Assembly (NCBI GenBank): GCA_963706285.1
Contig: CAVPLU010000003.1
Span: 64,001-128,000 of the forward strand
Origin: Candidatus Bathyarchaeota archaeon
GTDB lineage: Archaea; Thermoproteota; Bathyarchaeia; 40CM-2-53-6
Reading direction: 5' to 3'
DNA length: 64,000 nucleotides
Shown here: in pieces, positions 9,011 to 18,753 of the stretch
Layout of the letters: each line of letters begins with the position of its first letter
How positions within the stretch are numbered: position 1 is the stretch's first letter
Position numbers and translations under genes: made by a program
The notes under the pieces: generated by a model
The model's input: only the letters and a program-made list of their open reading frames with translations
What the model was told of the DNA's origin: nothing
Database searches by the model: none

Positions 9011-9403
9011 TCAGGTCGAGATGTGAGTGGGTTCTATCTTGAGTATGACGCGTTTCTCGTCGGGTGCACGCCATGGGTACTTGTCCTTGCCAATGTATTT
9101 CTTAGCAAGCTTGTCGATGTGTGTGTCAGCGCCTTCGAGTATCTGAGATATTACGTGCCCTCGGATCACAATCTTGTCGTACATGTTGTTCTGATCGGCA
9201 ACGGAGATTGCAACGCGAGAATCCCTAGTAACATTCTTCTGTTTCCTTCGTCCCATCGAAGTGTTTACGAGTACAGTGTCGCCTTCATGATCAATCCAGA
9301 CAGGCGTCACGTGCGGTGAGCCATCAGGCATGATGGTTCCAAGGAAAGCGAAATTTCTGCCTTCAATCAATTTTGCTGCGTGGTCGTCCAACTTGAGAGG
9401 CAA
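9011..9403 (-). CDS. PPOX-class F420-dependent oxidoreductase
   Basis: FAFLGTIMPDGSPHVTPVW...GRRKQKNVTRDSRVAISV...LAKKYIG.DKYP...RV. Confidence 0.9.
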   Translation of the reverse strand: MPLKLDDHAAKLIEGRNFAFLGTIMPDGSPHVTPVWIDHEGDTVLVNTSMGRRKQKNVTRDSRVAISVADQNNMYDKIVIRGHVISQILEGADTHIDKLAKKYIGKDKYPWRAPDEKRVILKIEPTHIST

Positions 9404-9644
9404 TCAAGATCACAATAGATTCTGTTGAATTTGATGACATGTAAGGTTTGCTGGTGATTTACTGATTACGAGCACATTCAGCAAAAGGAAGCACAGTTTC
9501 AAAATGATTGTCAGCTGTATTGCCCCACACTTGTTGGCCATCCAGTCATGCACTAAATGAATATTCATGTTTCGATGGCTCTAGATTATGAATGGAAAAT
9601 ACAAACCTTCATTCAAGTCAAATCCAGCAATATCCCGATGACTT

Positions 9645-9960
9645 GTGTCGAAAAAGGAAGCTTCAGACTCAACATCTGAGGTGCTAGCGTCAGCTGAAGT
9701 TCTCAGGAAGAGGATAGCTGCGTTTCTGCTGAGGTAAGAGAAGCCACCAAGGAGCTAGCTCTTGCAGATTGTGAATCTGCATGGAAAGAAGCGTGGTCAC
9801 CCGCGAAGTGAAGAAAGCGACTGGGAAAGAAATTCTGGAAATGGCAGACAATATTCTAGCGCGGTCAGATGAAGAACTGTTCGATATGGATTACTTCGTA
9901 GATGTACTTGAAACGAGGGTGGCGAGCAAGTCCATGCGGTTACTTGCTCTTCTCGCTTGA
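9645..9960 (+). pseudogene. Frameshift-broken helical hypothetical protein
   Basis: Three consecutive frames read VSKKEASDSTSEVLAS.. / AEVREATKELALAD.. / VTREVKKATGKEILEMADNILARSDEELF. Confidence 0.3.
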
Positions 9961-11013
9961 CTGAGGGCTCTTCTGTCTTCTCTGGAAAACAAGGAAAACG
10001 AGTGCTACCACAAGCGCAGCTGTCACAATGATGAGGACGTAGGTGTAGGTCCTGTAGTTGCCCAGTTCTGCGGCCGCTGCTTTATTCTCTGATTCTAATT
10101 GACCATAGTTTGATGCCAATTGGTTGTAGTCAGATTTGAGCGAATCATATTTTGACGTGAGGTCGTTTTGCTTGGCGACTAGCGCATTGTATTCCTGCTG
10201 CAAAGCCGCGTACTGAGCAGAAACGCTTTCGTATTCTGGCGTAGTTGCGAGGACGTATGTCAGCGGTAGGGTCTGTTGTGATGATTTCTGAACGGTTACG
10301 GATGTTGGTATGTATGTTGGCTGGTACACGTAGTAGTATGTGTAGTTGTGCGCGTAAGACGGATAATAGTACGAATAGTACGGGTAGTAGTAGGGGTAGT
10401 TGCCAGAGTAGTACTGCCAATAGTTCGAAGGGTAATTGCTGCTCGTCGTAGTTTCCTTCCAAACCTCTGTCAATGTTCCGACCATCATGCTTCTGTTTGT
10501 GTTCGGAGGTATCGCCACAGTGAGAGTGGTCTGCCAATTTGTGCCTGAACTGACTTCCTTATCTGATACGATAGTTGATGAGGTAGCCTTTGCCAGTTGT
10601 TGATTTGTGTAGGCAAAGATGTCGATCGATAGGCTGGTCACCGTCACGCTCGCTTTTGCGGTTGCGATAGTTGAAATGGTGATTGTATTGCCTGGACTTG
10701 CAGACGCCGGGAAGGTGAATTGAACCGTGAAATGTTCAGTTGAGGCAGTTGTGACGATGTTAGATGTCGGCGGCAGTTGAGCCGGTTGTTCCGCTATTGG
10801 TTGCACGGTCGGGAATGTGCCGTAGTTGACTGGTTGGAACGCGTTTACCGCTGAGGGTGCCCACATCTGTACCCCCTGAATTGCTAGGAGTGAAAGTATC
10901 AGTGCCGATGCGACCAGTGGTGCCCAAGCTCTATCAGTTGGCCGAGTTCTCGTAGCCTTCATGCGCTCCGGCTGAGGACACCAACGCCACAGGAAAGAAC
11001 GCTTCAGCTTCAT
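9940..11013 (-). CDS. Secreted, C-terminally membrane-anchored protein with Ig-like region, Tyr-rich insert and coiled-coil stalk
   Basis: Signal-like hydrophobic segment, Thr/Ser beta region, YYSGNYPYYYPYYSYYYP, heptad Y..L...Y repeats, TM helix and basic tail. Confidence 0.8.
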   Translation of the reverse strand: MKLKRSFLWRWCPQPERMKATRTRPTDRAWAPLVASALILSLLAIQGVQMWAPSAVNAFQPVNYGTFPTVQPIAEQPAQLPPTSNIVTTASTEHFTVQFTFPASASPGNTITISTIATAKASVTVTSLSIDIFAYTNQQLAKATSSTIVSDKEVSSGTNWQTTLTVAIPPNTNRSMMVGTLTEVWKETTTSSNYPSNYWQYYSGNYPYYYPYYSYYYPSYAHNYTYYYVYQPTYIPTSVTVQKSSQQTLPLTYVLATTPEYESVSAQYAALQQEYNALVAKQNDLTSKYDSLKSDYNQLASNYGQLESENKAAAAELGNYRTYTYVLIIVTAALVVALVFLVFQRRQKSPQSSEKSK

Positions 11014-11474
11014 GCCGTTCCCCCCAAAATTGCCTTGAACAAAGTATCCGCGAGGTGAGAAGGATTTGCTCTAGCTCTGTCCCGAGGAAGTGAAATTCCT
11101 CGTTCTTCACTCTCTCTTATCAGGGTCTGCTTGCAGCTGTCAAGGTTCGTGCACTCAGAACAGTCGCCCTCTCCCTTGTACCAGACCTGGATTCCGTTCG
11201 CTACTGAGAAAGTGACAAGCACGTCCGTCCTCCAAGTTGGGCTATACCCGAGGAGAAACCCATTCTTCAGATCGATCTTGTGAATATCCAGCCGGTTTAG
11301 CTGCGCTGCATCTGTCAGCGCACGTGACATCTTGGTATCTATGGCGTTGAAGGTCTTGTTCGTTGTTTGCGGGGTTACTCCTATCTTCCGGGATACTTCG
11401 GCTTGGGTTAAGCCCTGCCTTCTGAGGTTCCAGAAGCTAAGCTGCTTCGTCGTGAGATATCCTGCTCGCATCAT
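11010..11474 (-). CDS. HTH transcriptional regulator with C-terminal Cys cluster
   Basis: GLTQAEVSRKIGVTPQ HTH; QVWYKGEGDCSECTNLDSC. Confidence 0.8.
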   Translation of the reverse strand: MMRAGYLTTKQLSFWNLRRQGLTQAEVSRKIGVTPQTTNKTFNAIDTKMSRALTDAAQLNRLDIHKIDLKNGFLLGYSPTWRTDVLVTFSVANGIQVWYKGEGDCSECTNLDSCKQTLIRESEERGISLPRDRARANPSHLADTLFKAILGGTA

Positions 11475-11638
11475 GCGCGTATGCCAACCTAAGCATAAGT
11501 AAGCCTACAGACACCTATAATCCTTGCCCAACTATCATCGTCCGCCGGACTCGTACGACCTATCTTCTCTCGGAGGCAGTATCCTGCGATCCTCGTCGAT
11601 CTCCGATAACCGGAGATATATCAAGCACAAGTCCGAGA

Positions 11639-12859
11639 ATGTCAGCACGAGACTGGAGACAAATGGCGCCTAACAACCCCGCAGCAAACCAGTTGCGGCG
11701 GCTTCACCTCTCTGTCTTCGCAGCCTCAATCGGCATCTCGTACTTCTATTTCATTCCTGCATTCGCTGAACAGCTTGGTGCTGGTTACTTGGATTTGGGC
11801 TTGATCGGTACCGTTCGATCGCTGCCCTACACGTTTCTCCCGGTTATCGCAGGGTATCTTGGAGACCGGTTCGGCAGACGGCGGCTCTATCTACTCAGCG
11901 TGTGCGCGGTTGGGGCTGCAACATTGCTGCTTGCTGCAACGGATACCATACCAGGTATACTGGTTGTCCAGATTCTCTTGGGAATTGGGCTAGCACTGTT
12001 CTGGCCAATATCTGAGGCGCTGGTATCTGGAATCTCGTCTCTGCATGAGCGTGCCGCTGCGATCGGGATGTATGCAGTTGCGTGGGGATCCGGTTTTCTA
12101 ATCGGCCCATTAGTGGGCGGCATTGTTGCTCAGGAGGCAGGATTTCAGATATCGTTCCTCGTTGCCGGAATTCTCATCTTGGCAACCTCAGGAGTCTCAG
12201 CCGCTGCAATTCGAGGAGAAGAGAAACAACGGGGCCAAATGCGGCAGTCTTCCGCAAGACCCTCTTGGAAACTGCTCTATGCGGTACTTCCGATGCTTCT
12301 GGTCCAAATTCCGTACGCAATTGTGCTCGCCTTTATCGTTTCGATTTTTCCTGGTTACGCAGCCGCGGCCGGATTAGCACCATCGGAGGTTGGATTGCTT
12401 CTATCCGGCTTTGGATTCGCAAGAACGCTTGCATTCTCTCTTGCCGGCAGAATGCAAAGAAGGGTCGGTGAGAGGAAGAGCATCGCAGTGGGCTCGTTGG
12501 GCTTGGGATTGGTGCTGCTCCTAATTCAGACCAACAGTAGTTTCATTGCACTATTGGCGGATTCATGCCTAATGGGTGCATTCATTGGACTAATCTATCC
12601 GCCAACAGTGGCATACGTTTCCAAACGTTCCCCATTTGAGAATCTAGGATTTGTCATAGGTGCGTATGAGACGATCTTTGGTATCGGCTTCGCGGTTGGC
12701 CCAATCCTCTCGGGTTTCATCGCTCAGACTGTGAGTGCCGACCTTGCCTTGCTCGTTCTGGCAATAATCGCTTTTACAATCATTCCTCTACTGGCCTTTG
12801 CCAGACAAGGCAGATCCGGCGCGGATGCGTCGGCATTTGAGCCGCAGCCTGTTGGATGA
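11639..12859 (+). CDS. MFS transporter
   Basis: GYLGDRFGRRR motif A; 12 TM. Confidence 0.92.
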   Translation: MSARDWRQMAPNNPAANQLRRLHLSVFAASIGISYFYFIPAFAEQLGAGYLDLGLIGTVRSLPYTFLPVIAGYLGDRFGRRRLYLLSVCAVGAATLLLAATDTIPGILVVQILLGIGLALFWPISEALVSGISSLHERAAAIGMYAVAWGSGFLIGPLVGGIVAQEAGFQISFLVAGILILATSGVSAAAIRGEEKQRGQMRQSSARPSWKLLYAVLPMLLVQIPYAIVLAFIVSIFPGYAAAAGLAPSEVGLLLSGFGFARTLAFSLAGRMQRRVGERKSIAVGSLGLGLVLLLIQTNSSFIALLADSCLMGAFIGLIYPPTVAYVSKRSPFENLGFVIGAYETIFGIGFAVGPILSGFIAQTVSADLALLVLAIIAFTIIPLLAFARQGRSGADASAFEPQPVG

Positions 12860-12895
12860 TTCATCCATTTTGCTTTTATCGTCGCTTGGCTGTCG

Positions 12896-13096
12896 ATGCG
12901 AGTCGTAACAATGGAGGTGAATCGTTTGGTACTTCATCCTGGACCGCTGCTCGTCCTGTTTGGTCTGCTTCGTATCGTGCTTGGCGCAGTGATTGTGGTT
13001 GGGTTGTTCTATCTGCTCATCAAGCTTGCGAGATTGGCAGAAGCTATCGCCGAGACAAAACGGGCACAAGCGCGACCCCCAACTTCTCAAACATAA
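12896..13096 (+). CDS. Small single-TM protein
   Basis: Hydrophobic 66-aa ORF with GGAGGTGA SD before an internal GTG/TTG. Confidence 0.5.
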   Translation: MRVVTMEVNRLVLHPGPLLVLFGLLRIVLGAVIVVGLFYLLIKLARLAEAIAETKRAQARPPTSQT

Positions 13097-13165
13097 CTCC
13101 CGGCTGTGCCAGCATGAGCTGTCAACGCCTTCCAGGAGCCTTTCCCTCTTTCTTGATGCAGATAC

Positions 13166-14368
13166 TCACGATCGCATGAACTGTTCAATTCTATTCGTTG
13201 CCTCATCAATCGTTTTGATCGGAGGCAAGAATACGGTTCTGAAGTGTCCTGCTCCGTAGGTCTCATCGAATCCAGAGCCGTTGACAACGAGAACTCCCGT
13301 CTTCTTGACTAGGTCAACTGCGAAATCCTTGTCGGAACTCCACCGGCCGTTCAGTGAGATTTTGGGGAAAAGGTAGAATGCACCCTTTGGAGTTGTGCAT
13401 GTGAGCCCTTTGATGGATCTGATCTTGTCTAGGAAGTGATCCCTGCGTTTCTTCAGCACAGTCACCATTCTCGTAATCTGTCTCTGTGATCCTTTGAGAG
13501 CTTTCACGGCCGCATACTGGATAGGGGTCGTTGCGGATATTCGAATTCTACTCTCTTTTGCGATCGCTTCTTTCAGCTCCAATAGGGTTTGATTGGGGTC
13601 ATGGAAATACATGTAGCCAAGCCGCCAACCAGTCATGGCATATGTTTTCGAGAACCCGTTCAAACCGACCACGGGGATGTCTTTTGCAAGAGCGGCTGCG
13701 CTTGTGAATTTTGAGTCATATACGAGTCTGTCGTAGATCTCATCTGCTACGACAAGGAGCTTGTACTCCGCTGCGATATCTAGCATCCTCTTCAATGTCC
13801 CCTCGTCATACAGCGATCCCGTGGGGTTGTTTGGATTCACGATCACCATTGCGCGGGTTTTGCTCGTTATCTTCTTCCGAAGATCCTCCAAATCGGGTAG
13901 CCAATCATTATCTTCGTCAGTTCGGTACGGGACCGGGAGTCCGCCGAAAAACTTGGTGAAGGAGGTATATGGAGGGTAGGTTGGTCCTGGCAGCAACATC
14001 TCGTCGCCAGGCTGAACAATCGCTCCCATCAGAAACTGTATTCCTTCCGAGATGCCCGAGGTTATTATCACATCTTCACTTGAGATCGGCACCGAATTAG
14101 CTCTCTTCTCCTTCTCTGCAACTGCTTCTCTGAGCGCTAGAATGCCTTCTGAGGGGGCGTAGTAGTTGTAGTCATCGTCCACCGCCTTGGCGAGAGCTCT
14201 CTTGATATGGGGTGCGGTGTGGAAATCGAACTTGGCAGGATCACCGATGTTAAGGTAGATCACTTTCTTGCCGGATCGCTCTACCTCTTTTGCGATCTCT
14301 AACATATCTCTGATCGCGTATTCGATTTCGGCCGCTCGGCTGGCAACCTGTACTCTGCTTGAGATCAA
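13166..14368 (-). CDS. PLP-dependent class I/II aminotransferase (alanine aminotransferase-like)
   Basis: IEYAIRD, LNIGDP, NPNNPTG, DEIY, GFSKTYAMTGWRLGY; probable TTG start at 14368. Confidence 0.92.
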   Translation of the reverse strand: MISSRVQVASRAAEIEYAIRDMLEIAKEVERSGKKVIYLNIGDPAKFDFHTAPHIKRALAKAVDDDYNYYAPSEGILALREAVAEKEKRANSVPISSEDVIITSGISEGIQFLMGAIVQPGDEMLLPGPTYPPYTSFTKFFGGLPVPYRTDEDNDWLPDLEDLRKKITSKTRAMVIVNPNNPTGSLYDEGTLKRMLDIAAEYKLLVVADEIYDRLVYDSKFTSAAALAKDIPVVGLNGFSKTYAMTGWRLGYMYFHDPNQTLLELKEAIAKESRIRISATTPIQYAAVKALKGSQRQITRMVTVLKKRRDHFLDKIRSIKGLTCTTPKGAFYLFPKISLNGRWSSDKDFAVDLVKKTGVLVVNGSGFDETYGAGHFRTVFLPPIKTIDEATNRIEQFMRS

Positions 14369-14470
14369 TACGTTAATCCCGCAGTTAGCAGCGAATAACT
14401 CGTACTTGACAGTTTTGTGGCATCGGTCTGCATCAGCCACGTCAAAAGCGACATCCGAGTAGAAGCAGCC

Positions 14471-15165
14471 TTGGAACACGAGCCTCGTCTCAATTCAACA
14501 GAATGGGAGAAGCTTAGGGGAGACATCATCTCGTGTACTCGCTGTCCGAGACTTGTGAGACACCGGAGGGAGGTCGCTCTCAAGAAGAAGAGAGAGTTCA
14601 TGAATTGGGAGTACTGGGGTGCGCCGGTTCCAGGTTTTGGTGACACGCAAGCTCAGCTTCTGATAGTCGGATTGGCCCCAGCTGCTCATGGTGGCAATCG
14701 AACAGGACGAATGTTCACAGGAGATGGTTCAGCGAACTTCCTCATGCCTGCACTTTGTGCCTGCCGGGTTCGCGAGTCAACCAACGTCTGATCACGTTCG
14801 TGACGGACTCCAGATGAGGAATGCCTTCATGACTGCGGTGGTGCGTTGCGCTCCGCCTCAGAACAAGCCTCTTGCGAGCGAGCTAACGAACTGTGGTCCC
14901 TACCTTGACAGAGAACTCGTGCTGCTATCGCATGTTCGAGTTGCGCTAGTTTTTGGGCAAGTGGCCTTCAAAGCGTACCTCGAACGCCTTCGGCGGCAGG
15001 AGGATGCCATTCCACGCCTTGAAATTCAAACATGGCCAGAAATACGCAATGCCTCCAGATCTTCCTGTTCTGATCGCATCTTATCATCCCAGCAAACAGA
15101 ACACGCAAACCGGAAGACTCACAAGCAGAATGATGAACGCGGTACTTCGCAAAGTTCAAGAGTAA
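14471..15165 (+). CDS. Uracil-DNA glycosylase family 5 (UdgB), two apparent frameshifts
   Basis: CTRCPRL, GLAPAAHGGNRTGRMFTGD, VRCAPPQNKP, SYHPSKQNTQTG spread over three frames. Confidence 0.88.
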
Positions 15166-15286
15166 CCTGAATCGGTCAACATAGCTCAGCGGGAGAGGCT
15201 ATGTATCGAAGCGATGCTAGTCTCGCAAACGGGTTTCGGCTCACAACTCTTTTATAGAGTCCAAAGATGTCTCACATCCGATTCGC

Positions 15287-15535
15287 GTGGTCGCCATGGA
15301 ACCGTCAAGGAAGCCACTGAACCTTCTCGTGAAGAAGCTGAACTCCGATATCACCATCAGACTGAAGAACGATATTGAGTACCGCGGCAAGATGATTGAC
15401 TGCGACAGCCACATGAACATAATTCTGGACGGCGCTGTCGAATATAGAAGCAACTCGCCCACTGCAAACTTTGGAAACGTCATTCTGCGTGGAAGCAACA
15501 TACTGTACGTTTGTGTGGACCACGGCCGGCAGTAA
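15287..15535 (+). CDS. Sm-like archaeal protein (SmAP/LSm)
   Basis: RLKNDIEYRGKM..CDSHMNIIL...GNVILRGSNI Sm1/Sm2 motifs. Confidence 0.92.
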   Translation: MVAMEPSRKPLNLLVKKLNSDITIRLKNDIEYRGKMIDCDSHMNIILDGAVEYRSNSPTANFGNVILRGSNILYVCVDHGRQ

Positions 15536-15681
15536 TGTACCGGAAAGGGCATTATGATCCGCGAGCCTAGTGTCTGCCAGACACTACTTAGCTGCCTGAT
15601 TCTCCAGGAACGGCGTCGTTGACCATTATCGAATTCTCAAGTTCTTCCGGGCTCAGCTCTTGAGCAATCCTAAACAAATGC

Positions 15682-17337
15682 ATGTGCTCCACGTATAGAG
15701 AAGGAATTCGGCCGGCGGAGCTTGTGACATTGCTTGACATACAATACGAGTCAGAACGCCAGCGCCGAGCCTGTCAAGAAATTGCTCGCAGACTCTTGCT
15801 CGATCGAACAGAAGCCGAAAATCCGGAAGAAACAAAACTAGTCGTCGCTCGGAAATATCGGCTGCCTAGTGTCCCTAGGAATTCGGATATTTTCGCCGTC
15901 GTCTCTCCAGAGGAACAGCGGATGCTACGGGATAAGCTGCAGCTGAAGCGGGTCAGGAGTATTTCTGGTGTTAACGTGATTGGGGTGATGTCAGCGCCTG
16001 AGCGATGCCCCCATGGGAGATGCGCATACTGTCCTCAGGAAAGTGATGCACCAACAAGCTACACTGGATATGAGCCTGCGGCAATGCGAGCCAAACAGAA
16101 TAACTTCGATCCCTATGCACAGCTCTCAAGCAGGCTAGCGCAGTTGCGAGCTATCGGTCACCAACCATCAAAGGTTGAGATTGTTATCCAAGGTGGCACC
16201 TTTCTGGCACGTCCGTTTCCATATCAACAGCATTTCATGAAGCGATGTCTGGACGCTCTGAACGGGTCTGAAAGCCTCTCTCTTGACGAGGCGAAAGCCA
16301 GAGCGTGCTCCAGCTCGATCAGGAATGTGGGGATAACCTTTGAGACGCGCCCAGATTGGGCTCGTGCCGAACATGTGGATCTGATGCTCTCTTACGGTGC
16401 AACACGCGTTGAGATCGGCGTTCAAACACTTGATGACGGCGTTCTTCAACTCGTCGAGCGAGGCCATGACGTTCAAGATGTGATCAAGTCTTTTCAGATC
16501 GTCAGAGACGCTGGGTTGAAGATCGTTGCTCATATGATGCCGGGGCTGCCCGGCTCAACTCCTGAGCAGGATTTGGAGGGATTCAAACGACTAGTCTCGG
16601 ACTCGGATTTTCGACCCGACATGCTGAAGATCTATCCTTGTCTCGTCGTGCGTGGGACGAAAGTATACGACTGGTGGAAGAGTGGGACGTACACTCCACT
16701 TGACGTCGAACGGGCTGCGGAGCTGATTGCGAATGTCAAGGAATTAATTCCTCCTTGGATGAGAATCATGAGAGTTCAGCGTGAAATACCGGCGAGACTC
16801 ATTCAGGCGGGGCCTGATAAGGGGAACCTTCGCGAACGCGCCCTCATGTTGCTGAGAGCAAAAGGGCGCCGCTGCAGATGCATTCGATGCCGCGAAGCAG
16901 GTCACCGAAGAATCAAGGAAAATGTGAACCCAGACTCTGAAGATATCAAACTCATCAGAACATGCTACGAATCGTCAGGGGGCACAGAGATCTTCCTCTC
17001 CAAAGAAGATCCTAAGACTGACACGCTGATAGCATATCTCCGTCTAAGGATTCCATCTCCATCAGCACACAGGATAGAGGTCAGCTCGAACCGATCATCG
17101 ATCGTGAGGGAGTTGCACGTATACGGGCCAGTCGTGCCTGTCGGAGAACATAATGCGTCCTCCTGGCAACACAAGGGCCATGGCATCTCCTTACTGAAGG
17201 AGGCTGAAAGACTGTCCACAGAAGAGTATGATCTGAGAAAGATCCTTGTCCTCAGCGCACTCGGAACAAAGGAGTACTATCTGCGTGCCGGCTACAAACC
17301 TGATGGTCCCTACGTGAGCAAGAACTTGCGCCAATAA
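15682..17337 (+). CDS. elp3: tRNA U34 carboxymethyltransferase Elp3 (radical SAM + KAT)
   Basis: CPHGRCAYCP, SYTGYEPA, ETRPD, LKIYP, RELHVYG, QHKGHG. Confidence 0.96.
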   Translation: MCSTYREGIRPAELVTLLDIQYESERQRRACQEIARRLLLDRTEAENPEETKLVVARKYRLPSVPRNSDIFAVVSPEEQRMLRDKLQLKRVRSISGVNVIGVMSAPERCPHGRCAYCPQESDAPTSYTGYEPAAMRAKQNNFDPYAQLSSRLAQLRAIGHQPSKVEIVIQGGTFLARPFPYQQHFMKRCLDALNGSESLSLDEAKARACSSSIRNVGITFETRPDWARAEHVDLMLSYGATRVEIGVQTLDDGVLQLVERGHDVQDVIKSFQIVRDAGLKIVAHMMPGLPGSTPEQDLEGFKRLVSDSDFRPDMLKIYPCLVVRGTKVYDWWKSGTYTPLDVERAAELIANVKELIPPWMRIMRVQREIPARLIQAGPDKGNLRERALMLLRAKGRRCRCIRCREAGHRRIKENVNPDSEDIKLIRTCYESSGGTEIFLSKEDPKTDTLIAYLRLRIPSPSAHRIEVSSNRSSIVRELHVYGPVVPVGEHNASSWQHKGHGISLLKEAERLSTEEYDLRKILVLSALGTKEYYLRAGYKPDGPYVSKNLRQ

Positions 17338-17409
17338 TCGGCGCTCGCACAGGTTTTAACTCTCAGCCCACAGTCACGTATCTGGGCACTTGCACTGAGT
17401 GAACCACAG

Positions 17410-18753
17410 ATGCAGGAATCAACCGGATACAAGGGCAGGGCTCTTGACTTGATCAAGACCGCCGGCGCTTCAATCGGAGATAAGGTAAGCCTAACAGGAG
17501 AGGGAGAGAGCGTCGAAGGCTTGTTGATGCCTCGAGTAGCCGGTGAAGATGACTCTCACATCGTGTTAAAACTCGCGACCGGCTACAACGTTGGGGTCAA
17601 GATAGGTGGGAAGGCTCGGATTCAAGTCCTTGGCACTGGTGCAAAGCCTGCACTTTCAAGACCTCCAACACCCGCCGCGACAAAGGGCCTTCCAGCGGTA
17701 ACGATCTTCAGCACAGGCGGGACAATCGCCAGCCGAGTAGACTATCGTACAGGAGCCGTTGAAGCAGCGTTGTCTGCTGAAGATCTCTACAGTTTTGTTC
17801 CAGAATTGGCATCAGAAGCCAACGTGAACGCGAAGGTTCTCTACAGCGTGTTCAGCGAGAACTTCACGGCGCAGCATTGGAAGGAAACCGCTGAAGCAGT
17901 CTGCGAAGAGATCCAGTCGGGGATATCAGGTGTAGTGATCGCCCAAGGAACAGACACGCTCGGTTACTGTGCGGCCGCTATGAGTTTCGCACTTCAATCC
18001 AGTCCCGTTCCTATTGTCTTCGTTGCGGCTCAGAGGTCTTCAGACAGGCCGAGTTCAGATGCGGCGACAAACCTGATCGGGGCCGTGAGTGTGGCAGCCA
18101 AGGCGCCATTCGCTGGAGTAGTTGCGGTGATGCATGGGTGGCTGTCAGATGACATCCTGCTGGTCCACAAAGGAACAAAGGTTCGCAAATGCCACACGAG
18201 CCGGCGTGACGCATTCAGATCCATAGACGCCGCACCCTTGGCGCGTTTTCATCTGGAAAACAGGACACTGGAGAGTCTAGATAGTGACTTCCCCGTGAGA
18301 GGAGGATCATCCAAGGTTGTCTGCAAGTCAAACTTTGATGATCGTGTTGCCCTCACGAAATTCTATCCAGGCATGGACCCTGGGATTATCGACTGGTATG
18401 TGGCTAAGGACTACCACGGCTTGATCCTTGAGGGCACAGGGCTTGGTCACGTGAGCGCACGCTGCTATCCAAGCCTCAAACAGGCAGTGGACAAGGGCAT
18501 GTTCGTGGGAATGACCTCTCAGTGTATCTGGGGGAGAGTTGACATGAACGTCTACTCGACAGGCATCGACTTGCAGAAGATTGGCGTCAATCCGCTAGAA
18601 GACATGCTGCCAGAGACAGCGCTTGTTAAGCTCATGTGGGTACTCGGACAAACAGACAACCCCCGGAAAATCGCGGAGATGATGCAAACGAACCTGGCGG
18701 GTGAGATCAGCCCGAGAAGACTGGAGGCCTCGCAAGATGACAAAGGTCACTGA
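17410..18753 (+). CDS. gatD: Glu-tRNA(Gln) amidotransferase subunit D
   Basis: STGGTIASRVDYRTGAV, GTDT, QRSSDRPSSD, RKCHTSRRDAF. Confidence 0.96.
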   Translation: MQESTGYKGRALDLIKTAGASIGDKVSLTGEGESVEGLLMPRVAGEDDSHIVLKLATGYNVGVKIGGKARIQVLGTGAKPALSRPPTPAATKGLPAVTIFSTGGTIASRVDYRTGAVEAALSAEDLYSFVPELASEANVNAKVLYSVFSENFTAQHWKETAEAVCEEIQSGISGVVIAQGTDTLGYCAAAMSFALQSSPVPIVFVAAQRSSDRPSSDAATNLIGAVSVAAKAPFAGVVAVMHGWLSDDILLVHKGTKVRKCHTSRRDAFRSIDAAPLARFHLENRTLESLDSDFPVRGGSSKVVCKSNFDDRVALTKFYPGMDPGIIDWYVAKDYHGLILEGTGLGHVSARCYPSLKQAVDKGMFVGMTSQCIWGRVDMNVYSTGIDLQKIGVNPLEDMLPETALVKLMWVLGQTDNPRKIAEMMQTNLAGEISPRRLEASQDDKGH

